Source of the DNA: Eledone cirrhosa
Lineage: Eukaryota
Direction of reading: 5' to 3'
Length of the DNA stretch: 64,000 bases
Assembly: GCA_964016885.1 (NCBI GenBank)
Contig: OZ024743.1
Location: forward strand, 114,390,001-114,454,000
Within the stretch, counting starts at the first letter, position 1; each line of letters begins with the position of its first letter. Both the position numbers and the translations under genes were made by a program. The notes under the pieces are model-generated. The model was not told the origin of the DNA. It searched no databases and saw only the letters and a program-made list of their open reading frames with translations. Positions 26,289 through 38,107 of the stretch are shown here, in pieces.

Positions 26289-29169
26289 ATACATTTAGAA
26301 ACACACAGATACATGCGGACACACACATATATACATGAATGCATCCGCACCCAACTGTGAGTTAAGGGTGCCAACTTCACCGATGTTGCTCAATGAATGA
26401 CTGGGACAGACCAATTCAGTTTGAACCAGACTGAACCAGTATCAGAGTTAAAAATACATTATGAAGAGAGAAGAAACATTTAGATATAATTAGTAATAAA
26501 ATGTATCATACCTAAACTGTTCCTAAATTCCTCGACTACGTAGTTTCGTGGCATAAACAAAAACAATATATCAAAGATATAGAGTCCCTGCGAGGTCTGC
26601 CGACTTATCAAGAGGATACCTCATTTTACTAGTCTCAAGAACGCGTCTACACGACGTGAGAAAGAATCCCAAAAGGCGGAGGGGGAGATAGTCACGCGAT
26701 ATAACGGTCGAGAAACAGAGCTAAGCCTCTTATAACCACGAAAAAAATACCACGGAGGCGGAGGGGGTATTCATATCGAGGCCGTAGAAGAGGTAGTGAA
26801 GAAGGCGAGAAGTATGAGTAATGGAAGCTTTCCAGTTGTCCCCACACTTCAAAGATTGCTCGACCAGAGGGAGTTATTAATACATTTAGAAACACACAGA
26901 TACATGCGGACACACACATATATACATGAATGCATCCGCACCCAACTGTGAGTTAAGGGTGCCAACTTCACCGATGTTGCTCAATGAATGACTGGGACAG
27001 ACCAATTCAGTTTGAACCAGACTGAACCAGTATCAGAGTTAAAAATACATTATGAAGAGAGAAGAAACATTTAGATATAATTAGTAATAAAATGTATCAT
27101 ACCTAAACTGTTCCTAAATTCCTCGACTACGTAGTTTCGTGGCATAAACAAAAACAATATATCAAAGATATAGAGTCCCTGCGAGGTCTGCCGACTTATC
27201 AAGAGGATACCTCATTTTACTAGTCTCAAGAACGCGTCTACACGACGTGAGAAAGAATCCCAAAAGGCGGAGGGGGAGATAGTCACGCGATATAACGGTC
27301 GAGAAACAGAGCTAAGCCTCTTATAACCACGAAAAAAATACCACGGAGGCGGAGGGGGTATTCATATCGAGGCCGTAGAAGAGGTAGTGAAGAAGGCGAG
27401 AAGTATGAGTAATGGAAGCTTTCCAGTTGTCCCCACACTTCAAAGATTGCTCGACCAGAGGGAGTTATTAATACATTTAGAAACACACAGATACATGCGG
27501 ACACACACATATATACATGAATGCATCCGCACCCAACTGTGAGTTAAGGGTGCCAACTTCACCGATGTTGCTCAATGAATGACTGGGACAGACCAATTCA
27601 GTTTGAACCAGACTGAACCAGTATCAGAGTTAAAAATACATTATGAAGAGAGAAGAAACATTTAGATATAATTAGTAATAAAATGTATCATACCTAAACT
27701 GTTCCTAAATTCCTCGACTACGTAGTTTCGTGGCATAAACAAAAACAATATATCAAAGATATAGAGTCCCTGCGAGGTCTGCCGACTTATCAAGAGGATA
27801 CCTCATTTTACTAGTCTCAAGAACGCGTCTACACGACGTGAGAAAGAATCCCAAAAGGCGGAGGGGGAGATAGTCACGCGATATAACGGTCGAGAAACAG
27901 AGCTAAGCCTCTTATAACCACGAAAAAAATACCACGGAGGCGGAGGGGGTATTCATATCGAGGCCGTAGAAGAGGTAGTGAAGAAGGCGAGAAGTATGAG
28001 TAATGGAAGCTTTCCAGTTGTCCCCACACTTCAAAGATTGCTCGACCAGAGGGAGTTATTAATACATTTAGAAACACACAGATACATGCGGACACACACA
28101 TATATACATGAATGCATCCGCACCCAACTGTGAGTTAAGGGTGCCAACTTCACCGATGTTGCTCAATGAATGACTGGGACAGACCAATTCAGTTTGAACC
28201 AGACTGAACCAGTATCAGAGTTAAAAATACATTATGAAGAGAGAAGAAACATTTAGATATAATTAGTAATAAAATGTATCATACCTAAACTGTTCCTAAA
28301 TTCCTCGACTACGTAGTTTCGTGGCATAAACAAAAACAATATATCAAAGATATAGAGTCCCTGCGAGGTCTGCCGACTTATCAAGAGGATACCTCATTTT
28401 ACTAGTCTCAAGAACGCGTCTACACGACGTGAGAAAGAATCCCAAAAGGCGGAGGGGGAGATAGTCACGCGATATAACGGTCGAGAAACAGAGCTAAGCC
28501 TCTTATAACCACGAAAAAAATACCACGGAGGCGGAGGGGGTATTCATATCGAGGCCGTAGAAGAGGTAGTGAAGAAGGCGAGAAGTATGAGTAATGGAAG
28601 CTTTCCAGTTGTCCCCACACTTCAAAGATTGCTCGACCAGAGGGAGTTATTAATACATTTAGAAACACACAGATACATGCGGACACACACATATATACAT
28701 GAATGCATCCGCACCCAACTGTGAGTTAAGGGTGCCAACTTCACCGATGTTGCTCAATGAATGACTGGGACAGACCAATTCAGTTTGAACCAGACTGAAC
28801 CAGTATCAGAGTTAAAAATACATTATGAAGAGAGAAGAAACATTTAGATATAATTAGTAATAAAATGTATCATACCTAAACTGTTCCTAAATTCCTCGAC
28901 TACGTAGTTTCGTGGCATAAACAAAAACAATATATCAAAGATATAGAGTCCCTGCGAGGTCTGCCGACTTATCAAGAGGATACCTCATTTTACTAGTCTC
29001 AAGAACGCGTCTACACGACGTGAGAAAGAATCCCAAAAGGCGGAGGGGGAGATAGTCACGCGATATAACGGTCGAGAAACAGAGCTAAGCCTCTTATAAC
29101 CACGAAAAAAATACCACGGAGGCGGAGGGGGTATTCATATCGAGGCCGTAGAAGAGGTAGTGAAGAAGG
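26289..29169 (-). mobile_element. Tandem array of about 4.9 apparently identical 591-bp units, each with a hammerhead ribozyme (retrozyme/pLTR-like)
   Basis: Exact 591-bp period (identical ORF-track entries at 26692, 27283, 27874, 28465). Hammerheads at 26529-26616 and every +591. Confidence 0.9.
26529..26616 (-). ncRNA. Type I hammerhead ribozyme, U3-A8 core variant (first of 5 tandem copies)
   Basis: Minus strand TCCTC-TTGATAA-GTCGGC...GCCAC-GAAA-CTACGTAG-TC-GAGGA. Stem I TCCTC/GAGGA; palindromic stem III region CTACGTAG. Confidence 0.8.
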
Positions 29170-29172
29170 TAG

Positions 29173-29446
29173 ATAAGAGGCTTAGCTCTGTTTCTCGACC
29201 GTTATATCGCGTGACTATCTCCCCCTCCGCCTTTTGGGATTCTTTCTCACGTCGTGTAGACGCGTTCTTGAGACTAGTAAAATGAGGTATCCTCTTGATA
29301 AGTCGGCAGACCTCGCAGGGACTCTATATCTTTGATATATTGTTTTTGTTTATGCCACGAAACTACGTAGTCGAGGAATTTAGGAACAGTTTAGGTATGA
29401 TACATTTTATTACTAATTATATCTAAATGTTTCTTCTCTCTTCATA

Positions 29447-29450
<4 letters not shown>
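29173..29450 (+). repeat. Inverted partial copy of the 591-bp unit, including a hammerhead (29290-29377)
   Basis: Reverse complement of about 28820-29098, directly abutting the array end. Confidence 0.9.
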
Positions 29451-29498
<48 letters not shown>

Positions 29499-29585
29499 CG
29501 AAGGAAATGTGGTAAGGAACCAGATGGACCATAACGCACCAAAGTACTCAATACTTAGGGTAGTAGAGTGGGTAATAGGAACGTT

Positions 29586-29630
<45 letters not shown>

Positions 29631-29684
29631 ATATGTGTGTGTGTGTAAGTATTGGAATAATCAATGTATGAACTAATACATCAT

Positions 29685-29750
29685 GACTAATAGTTTCATC
29701 AAAGAGTGGAAATATCCAATCAATCATCGGACAATACTCTCATCAGTTGG
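29685..29750 (-). ncRNA. Hammerhead-like motif
   Basis: Minus strand CCAA-CTGATGA-GAGT...ACTC...GAAA-CTA-TTAG. Stems are imperfect. Confidence 0.45.
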
Positions 29751-29852
29751 TATGCCTTCAGGGAAGATCGTTCGTGTTATATACTTCGATGATAGATTGG
29801 ATTTTAAAACTTTATCATGAAACTATTACTAACAATAATAATACTAACACAT

Positions 29853-29950
<98 letters not shown>

Positions 29951-30009
29951 TACATGACTGGCATTGTGAATACTATATTTTGTGCTCATGCAATTTTATT
30001 TTCAATAAA

Positions 30010-30055
<46 letters not shown>

Positions 30056-30910
30056 GTGCATACATACGTATATATATATATGCATACATACGTACATATA
30101 TAAATGCATATATACGTACATTTATATATATGCATTCATTCGTACAAATACATATATATAAACATACAAACTCTCATTATTTTTCTTCGAGTAAGTTTAG
30201 CAAAAATTCAATGAAATAGAAAAAAGTTAAAACATTATACAAAAGTTCTCGTTAGAAAGATGAGCCATTTCTAATGATCAGACATATAGAATAAATATTT
30301 ATCGTAAACTACGCCATTTCGTATATTTCCTACGTGCCAATCGGCTTAAGCCATGTATGTCACCACGCCCAGCATAAATTTTGTAACGCCTGTAGGAAAC
30401 ATGATACTGTTGTAAAAAGCGACATTTGAGCCCTGTAAAATAGGAAAATTCCATAAACCTTATGTGACATATTAGCTGATGTGCATCCATTTGTAGTTAA
30501 TAAAAACCTTGCTGCCTTTGTACAGCAGCAAAGATGTAGATATTTCTAGTTAAGGTTTCAACCCTTTATACATACACCACCCCATCTATATCGAGAAATA
30601 TCTTATGTATACATAAGGTATTAAAATCTGACAGACACTAAATCTTGAGAAGTAACGCAGCTAACATATATTCGATAAGAAAGACCACTAAATCCAGTAA
30701 AGAGTTTTACAGCATATTATAAGTATCACTGAAAATCACACAAAAAACATCCTGCTCGCACATGATCGAACTTTTTACACAATCATTCCCTCAACGGGCT
30801 CGAACTGTCTCATTCGAAGGAAATTGTATATATACATATATATATGTACATATATAATGTATGAGTACATTTACATAAAATAGTGTGTGTGTATGTATAT
30901 ATATATATAT

Positions 30911-33634
30911 AGTCAGGATGCGTGACAGACAGGATGTGCGGTGTGTTCGTGTTCTTCGTGGAGCTGAGTGCTGGACGGACCACCACCTGGTACGCGCAAA
31001 AGTGAAACTAATCACTAAACGTAAAATCCGGGCTCCTGGTGTTACCCTGCCCAAAAGATTGAATGCTGCTCGTCCTAAGGATAAAAATGTGAAGAGGACA
31101 TTGGAAGAAGAGATGCAGGCTGCAGATCTTGGTGAGGATTGGCCGACCCTTAAAAAGTCGGTTTATGATGTAGGCAGGCGTGTTCTGGGATTGGCGCAGA
31201 GGAAACACCAGGACTGGTTTAATGAGAATGATGTACATATAGAAGACTTGTTGGCTGATAAGAGGCGTGTTCTGTCACGCTACTTGACGGCAAAACCACA
31301 GGAGAGGAATACGTTGCATGAGGAACTCAGGGATGTAAAATCACGTGTTAGGCGGAGTCTTTCTCAGATGAAGGATCAGTGGTGGAGTGAGAAGGCTGGT
31401 GAGATAGAAACTGCGTCTGATTCCAATAACACAAAGCTGTTGTACAGTCTCTTGCGTGAGGTTTATGGACCGTCTTCTTCTCTGGTGACACCGCTTCGCA
31501 GCAGGGATGGCAAAGAACTTCTTCGTGACTCACAAGGAATTCTACGAAGGTGGCGAGAGCACTTTGATGATCTTTTGAATCAGCCGTCTGTCGTCAGTGA
31601 AGATTTCCTCAATCTCATTCCAGAAAGTCCTGTGAAAGTAGCTCTCGCAGAACCTCCAACGCTTGTGGAGGTTGCAGTGGCTATTTCGAAGCTGAACAGT
31701 GGAAGATCTCCAGGTATGGATGGCATACATGCTGAGCTCCTACAATATGGTGGTGAGAGACTCCTGCAACATCTTCACTCTTTGTTTGGCAGGATATGGG
31801 CTAATGAATCCGTACCTGAGGACTGGAGAGATGCAGTAATGGTGGTCTTGTACAAGGGAAAGGGTAACAGGAACGATTGTGGGAACTACAGAGGTATATC
31901 ATTGCTTTCTGTCGTAGGGAAAGTTTTATGTAGGGTGCTTCTGGACCGTCTGCTGACACACATTGCAGATTGTGTTCTTCCTGAAAGTTAATCTGGTTTT
32001 CATGCTGGACGCGGCACTACTGATATGATCTTCTCAGCTAGACAGCTCCAGGAGAAGTGCATGGAACAAGGCTTGGATCTGTATCAGGTTTTTGTCGATC
32101 TGACAAAAGCTTTCGATACTGTTAACAGAGATGCATTATGGAAGGTTCTCCAGAAAATTGGTTGCCCTGATAAGTTCCTTGCTTTAGTTAGGTCTTTCCA
32201 TGACGAAATTAAGGCTTGGGTTAATGTCGGAGGTAACATGTCGGAGCCTATCTCAGTAAAAAATGGAGTGAAACAGGGGGATATTCCAGCACCGACCCTG
32301 TTTGCCATATAATTTGCAATGGTTTTCTGTATTGCATTCATGAATTGCGAGCATGGTGTTTACATCCGATATCGAACCTCAGGCAGCATATTTAACATCA
32401 GGCGCTTTGCTGCGAAGACAAAAGTATTTACATCAATCATAAGAGACCTCTTGTATGCAGATGATTGCGATCTTGTAGCGCACACAGAGAGTGATATGCA
32501 GCACATTTTGAATGCATTTTCTGACGCTTGCACTGCCCTAGGTCTGACTGTCAGTCTCACGAAAACCGTCGTCATGTACCAACCTGCCCCTGGTAAGCAG
32601 TACACTGAACCAAACATCTATGTGTATGGCAAACGACTTGGAGTGGTTGATCAGTTTGTCTACCTGGGAAGCACTGTCAATCGATACAGCAACCTTGACA
32701 GTGAAATCTCACTTAGGATTAGGAAAGCAAGTGATGCTTTCGGAAAACTAGACAGGCGACTCTGGGGTCGGCGAGACATATGCAGGAGGACAAAGGTAAA
32801 GGTGTACAGGGCATGTGTGCTCTCTTGTCTTCTTTATGCCTGCGAGACCTGGGTCACATATCGACACCACCTTAAGCAATTGGAGCGTTTCCATCAGATG
32901 TGTCTCAGACGGATCCATGGCGTTCACTGGAGGGACCACATCAGTGATGTCGAGATTTTGGAAAGCTCTATGTGTGACAGTATAGAAGCTCTTGTGCTTA
33001 AGCAACGACTCCGTTGGAGTGGTCACCTTGCCAGGATGAAGGATTCTAGAATACCAAAACAACTCTTTTATGGAGAGTTGGTTAAAGGAAAACGACCGCC
33101 ACATAAACCAAAAAAGGGGTATAAGGATTCCTTGAAAGCCTCTCTGAAAGACGCTAACATCTCTGCTGATACATGGGAGAATATTGCTGCTGATCGTAAT
33201 AAATGGAGAAAGACTGTATATGAGGGAAAAGTTGCTTTTGGGGCATCTCGAATCGCATACGAGAAAGTAAAGCGGGATGTGAGGAAGGGCATTGCTGTTG
33301 CACTTCCAGACGGCGAGGGTGCTCCTATGGTGCTGACATGCAGCGTATGTGCGAGACTCTGCCTAAGCAAAGCTGGACTCGAAAGTCATCTTCGCAGTCA
33401 TAAAGTAAGACCAGTGGTTGACTACCAGGCTGCTGTTGGAGATGCTACTCATCATGCTTGCCAAACATGTGGTAGAGAATGTAAATCAGCAGGAGGGCTC
33501 AAGTGACATGCAAAAGTACACGAACTCCAACCACAGCCGACTATTCCCAGTAAATGTTTTGGATGCCGACTTTGTGCAAGATATTTTAGATCATTGGCTG
33601 GGCTAAAAAGCCACATTCGATCGCAGCGCTGTTA
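30911..33634 (+). pseudogene. RTE ORF (endonuclease remnant, reverse transcriptase, three C2H2-like fingers), one frame with 3 nonsense codons
   Basis: NYRGISLLS, FVDLTKAFDTV, GVKQGD, LLYADD, FVYLGS and RLRWSGH. Stops at 31989, 32310 and 33504, no frameshift. Confidence 0.9.
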
Positions 33635-33738
33635 GTTGCTATCGTGTGTGTGTGTGTAGATATGCTTATGTGTGTGCGTGTGTGTGTATATATATATGTA
33701 TATGTATATTATTATTGTTGTTGTCGTTATTATTATTG

Positions 33739-33770
<32 letters not shown>

Positions 33771-33810
33771 GTTATTAATGTATGTGTGTGTGTATATGTG
33801 TGTGTGAGTA

Positions 33811-33846
<36 letters not shown>

Positions 33847-33848
33847 TG

Positions 33849-33895
<47 letters not shown>

Positions 33896-33955
33896 CTTTT
33901 TTTTTTCTTTCTCCTCGTGCAATGGCCATACTCGATAACGAGGGGGCAGCCATCA
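30911..33955 (+). mobile_element. RTE-clade LINE, 5'-truncated
   Basis: APE C-terminus (CWTDHHLV), RT and C-terminal C2H2 fingers. The probable 3' tail resumes at about 33910-33955 after a microsatellite. Confidence 0.9.
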
Positions 33956-34065
33956 TATATATATATACACACATACACTATTTTATATAGATGTACTCAT
34001 ACATATACATACACATACATATATACATATACACCTACACACTTATGCACACACACGCCCATATG

Positions 34066-34147
<82 letters not shown>

Positions 34148-34150
<3 letters not shown>

Positions 34151-35806
34151 AGGCTTTGGGAGGGTCATGTTGCCAATAAGAAACACACGCACCAGTTGCT
34201 TTCACTCCAATTTATTATAAATTAAATTTATAAATTTCCGGCTGGTTGGTTGGTTCCACAACCAGAGGATTTTTCATAATATTGTCAAAGTTCTTTCGTC
34301 ACACATTCTGTGACCTCTTCAGTGACTGGGGATTCTTTTCTTTGTTTTTGTGCCTCTCCTTTGTTCTGTTCTACGCCATCTTGTTTTTGTGTGTGTTGTG
34401 TGCTTAGTTTGCACATGTGTTACATCCGGGTGTCTGTGTGTATTTATATTTGTTTATTTATTGTTTATTTACATGTTACTGGTTCGTTGTTGGGTCTATG
34501 TGTGTGTGTGTTTTCATTTTGTCCTTAATTGTAAGTTATGATGTTGCTATTCCATTCAAATTTTCTATTTAATTTTGGTTGGAGTTCATTTATGTTTAAT
34601 GCCTCTGTGATTTGTCTAAACATTGCAGCTTTTCTGTGTGTAGGACTAAAGAGACACATACAACACTTCATCCACCGTATGCAGTTCTCTAGTTACAATC
34701 AGATAGATAAAATCAAAGTATATAGAGGAGCCAGAACTAAATGGGAAAAAATGGTAAATAATGATACAAATGGGACCTGCCCTTTGTACAGAAGCAAATT
34801 TTGGAATAGAATAGAAAGAACTAGGAATTAGTTTAATAGAATAAACTCATGGTATGATAGCAATACATACCAGAGTGTAATGTTCATGAATACAACCCCT
34901 AGAGGTCAATTAGCTTACAAATTTAGAAGGGCCCTAGATAAACATAAACTCAATATTAAGATAGTAGAAAGACCAGGTACCTCCATAACAACACTTATTA
35001 GCAATACATACCCTTTTCAAGGACCTCCCTGAATAAATAAGAAATATATAATCTATAAACTAAGCCCCGATATTAACTGTAAAACTAGAAATGTAGTATA
35101 TAGCATAAGATGTACTGAAGGACAATGTAGAGATAAGAATATAGTGTACATAGGTGAGACAGCTCGTAGTATAGGAGAACGGATGAATGAACACTGGCGA
35201 GAGCTTCAAGATAGTAAAGAATCATCTGTACTCAACCAACATGCTAAAATAGAACATAAGGGTAAATAGAGAACATAGAAATAAAAATAGAATCTACACA
35301 CAGAATAGACGTAATGTTTAGACAAATCATAGAGGCAATAAACATACATGAACGCCAACCAAAATTAAATAGAAAACATAAATGGAATATCAACATCACA
35401 ACTTACAATTAAGGACAAAATGAAAACCCACACACACATAGAACAAACAACCAACCAGTAACATGTAAATAAACAAATAAATAAACAAATATAAACACAC
35501 ACAGACACCCGGATGTAACGCATGCGCAAACTAAGCACACAGCACACACAAAACAAGATGGCATAGGACAGAACAAAGGAGAGACACAAAAACAAAGAAA
35601 AGAATCCCAGTCACTGAGGAGGTCACATAATGTGTGACGAAAGAACTTTGACAATATATGAACAATCATCTGGTTGTGGAACCAACCAACCAACCGGAAA
35701 TTTATAAATTCTTCAATTTATAAATTTAATTTATAATAAATTGGAGTGAAAGCAATTGGTGCGTGTGTTTCTTATTGGCAACATGACCCTCCCAAAGCAT
35801 AACAAT
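34148..35806 (+). mobile_element. Penelope-like element remnant (GIY-YIG) with inverted pLTR
   Basis: VYIGETARSIGERMNEHW near 35143. Region 34148-34690 is an inverted copy of about 35290-35806. Hammerheads at 35610-35652 (+) and 34281-34327 (-). Confidence 0.8.
35610..35652 (+). ncRNA. Type I hammerhead ribozyme in pLTR
   Basis: GTCA-CTGAGGA-GGTCACA taa TGTGTGAC-GAAA-GAAC-TT-TGAC. Confidence 0.7.
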
Positions 35807-35862
35807 ATCAGTTTCAACACACGTTTTCAGATAAAGAATCTTGCTAAACAAATTCAGAAAAG

Positions 35863-35899
<37 letters not shown>

Positions 35900-35903
<4 letters not shown>

Positions 35904-36154
35904 GAATGAGTAATAAAACAGGTAGACATCATAAAAAGATAATTTATTCCGAGTGCTCACAAATGTTTCTACAGTAGTTACACAGCCTAGTCATGCTATG
36001 TACAGATTGGTAGTTATTTATTTGCAGATATTCAATTTTCAAATGCTGCTTCTCCTACCGTGTCTTCAGAGCAAATGGCTAAAGTGTAAATTCCCTTGTA
36101 TTTCTTAAAGGGAGTTATTGGGGAAGATAGAGTAGAAAAAGGAAGAGAGAAAGA

Positions 36155-36227
<73 letters not shown>

Positions 36228-36482
36228 GGAGAGAGAGGGATATATGTAGAGGTAGGAGAAATGTGAGAGAGACGTTTGAAGAATACAAATAGCTTAATCT
36301 AAATGTTGTGATAGGGGTTCAACAAGTGGTTTTATTATACTGCTTACTCTCAAAGTGACAACTTAGGCATTGTGTTGATATTGTCAAGTTTGGAATTATT
36401 TATTGCCGCAGAGAGCAGGTTGATAGATATGGAGAAGGAGGGAGGTAGACAGAAGGCCAGAGAGAGAGAAAGGGAGAGAGAG

Positions 36483-36525
<43 letters not shown>

Positions 36526-37390
36526 AGAAAAAAGTTACGAGAAAGGGAAGGAAAGGCGGTATACACCGAGTTCGTAGTTGTAGTTTGCTGATCGCACTCA
36601 AGTATCCGTTTATTATCATAAGCAGGTAAGCAGGGTACTGGCTTGTAGTGTGTGTGTGTGTGTGTGGGGGGGGGGGGGGGTATAGTTAGGAAGTAGTTAT
36701 TGAGTGAAATTAGTTAGCGAGAAAGTGGTGTAGTAGTTTCGGGTTCGTTTGTTAAGTTATTTTATAGTGAGAAAATTTAGCACTACTCCGAAGACTTCAA
36801 AATACCAATGGGATTGTTTTTAAAAGCTGATAAGACCTCTAATGTGTATACCATGGATATCAATACATACAACAGCTTCATACGCAAGGAACCTCATAAG
36901 AAATATAGAAAACCATGTGAAACTACACTAACGAATATTAACAACGCAGGATATAAAGTAGTGAAAAATCTGAAGATAGACGATAGAACCGATCCGATTA
37001 TACCCGCAACCCCCCACCTTTAACCTGTAAGACCACAAGGTAAATTTTGACTCTAACCCTAAGATTAGACTTATATGCTCTTCTAAATCAGACATAGGAA
37101 AAATTAGAAAACATATACTTGACAGGGTAATAACTCAATTGAAAAAGAAAATAGAAATTAAATTATGGGGCAACACTAGCGAAGCAATTCGCTGGTTTAA
37201 TAACGTTAAGTCTAAGTTTATACAATTCGACATAGATGAATACTACTCTTCAATCTCACCCAGTACTTTATGTAAGGCCCTTTCGTTTGCCAAGGTCAAT
37301 TCTGACCTAACGGAGGACGAAATTAATATTATTCTAGAGGCTAGGAAAACTATTATCAAGTTTAATAACTACTACTCGTAACTTTTTTCT

Positions 37391-37450
<60 letters not shown>

Positions 37451-37745
37451 CCTCTCTCTCTCTCTCCCTTTCACTCTCTCTCTCTCCCCTTCTTTCTCTC
37501 TTCCTTTTTCTACTCTATCTTCCCCAATAACTCCCTTTAAGAAATACAAGGGAATTTACACTTTAGCCATTTGCTCTGAAGACACTTTAGGAGAAGAAGC
37601 ATTTGAAAATTGAATATCTGCAAATAAATAACTACCAATTTGCACATAGCATGGCTAGGCTGTGTAACTACTGTACAAACATTTGTAAGCACTCGGAATA
37701 AATTACCTTTTTATGATGTCTACCTGTTTTATTATTCAGTCTTTA
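35900..37745 (+). mobile_element. Internally deleted Penelope-like element with inverted terminal segments
   Basis: 35900-36200 is an inverted copy of 37395-37745. RT fragment 36800-37375 is homologous to the 38108 ORF (KADKTSN, FIQFDIDEYYSSI). Long-stem-II hammerhead-like motif at 37573-37692. Confidence 0.75.
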
Positions 37746-37958
37746 TATACACTCCGGAATGCTGAAGAATCGAAAACTGAGTTTCTTTAACTATTCTTTC
37801 ATAACTCGCTCGTTGAGTAAGCCCTCACCGTACGTCGACTCCATCTAGTGTAGTAATTAACCATTACTGCATTTAGGATAATCCTAAGCATTTCTTGAAT
37901 AACCTAATATATATATATATATAAATAAAATATATATATATATATATATATACGTGAA

Positions 37959-37989
<31 letters not shown>

Positions 37990-38107
37990 TTCAAAGGACG
38001 CAACACCAACAGCAAATTACAGAAAGATATAAAAAAAACTACTGGACGACCTTAAAAACACCAAAAGAATTGTAGTAAAAGCGGACAAAACATCAAACCT
38101 GTACACT

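Noticed and set aside
26692-28692. Four identical 75-aa ORFs as a tandem gene family
   Set aside because: No recognisable domain and probably non-ATG starts in TG-rich sequence. Better explained as part of the non-coding ribozyme repeat.
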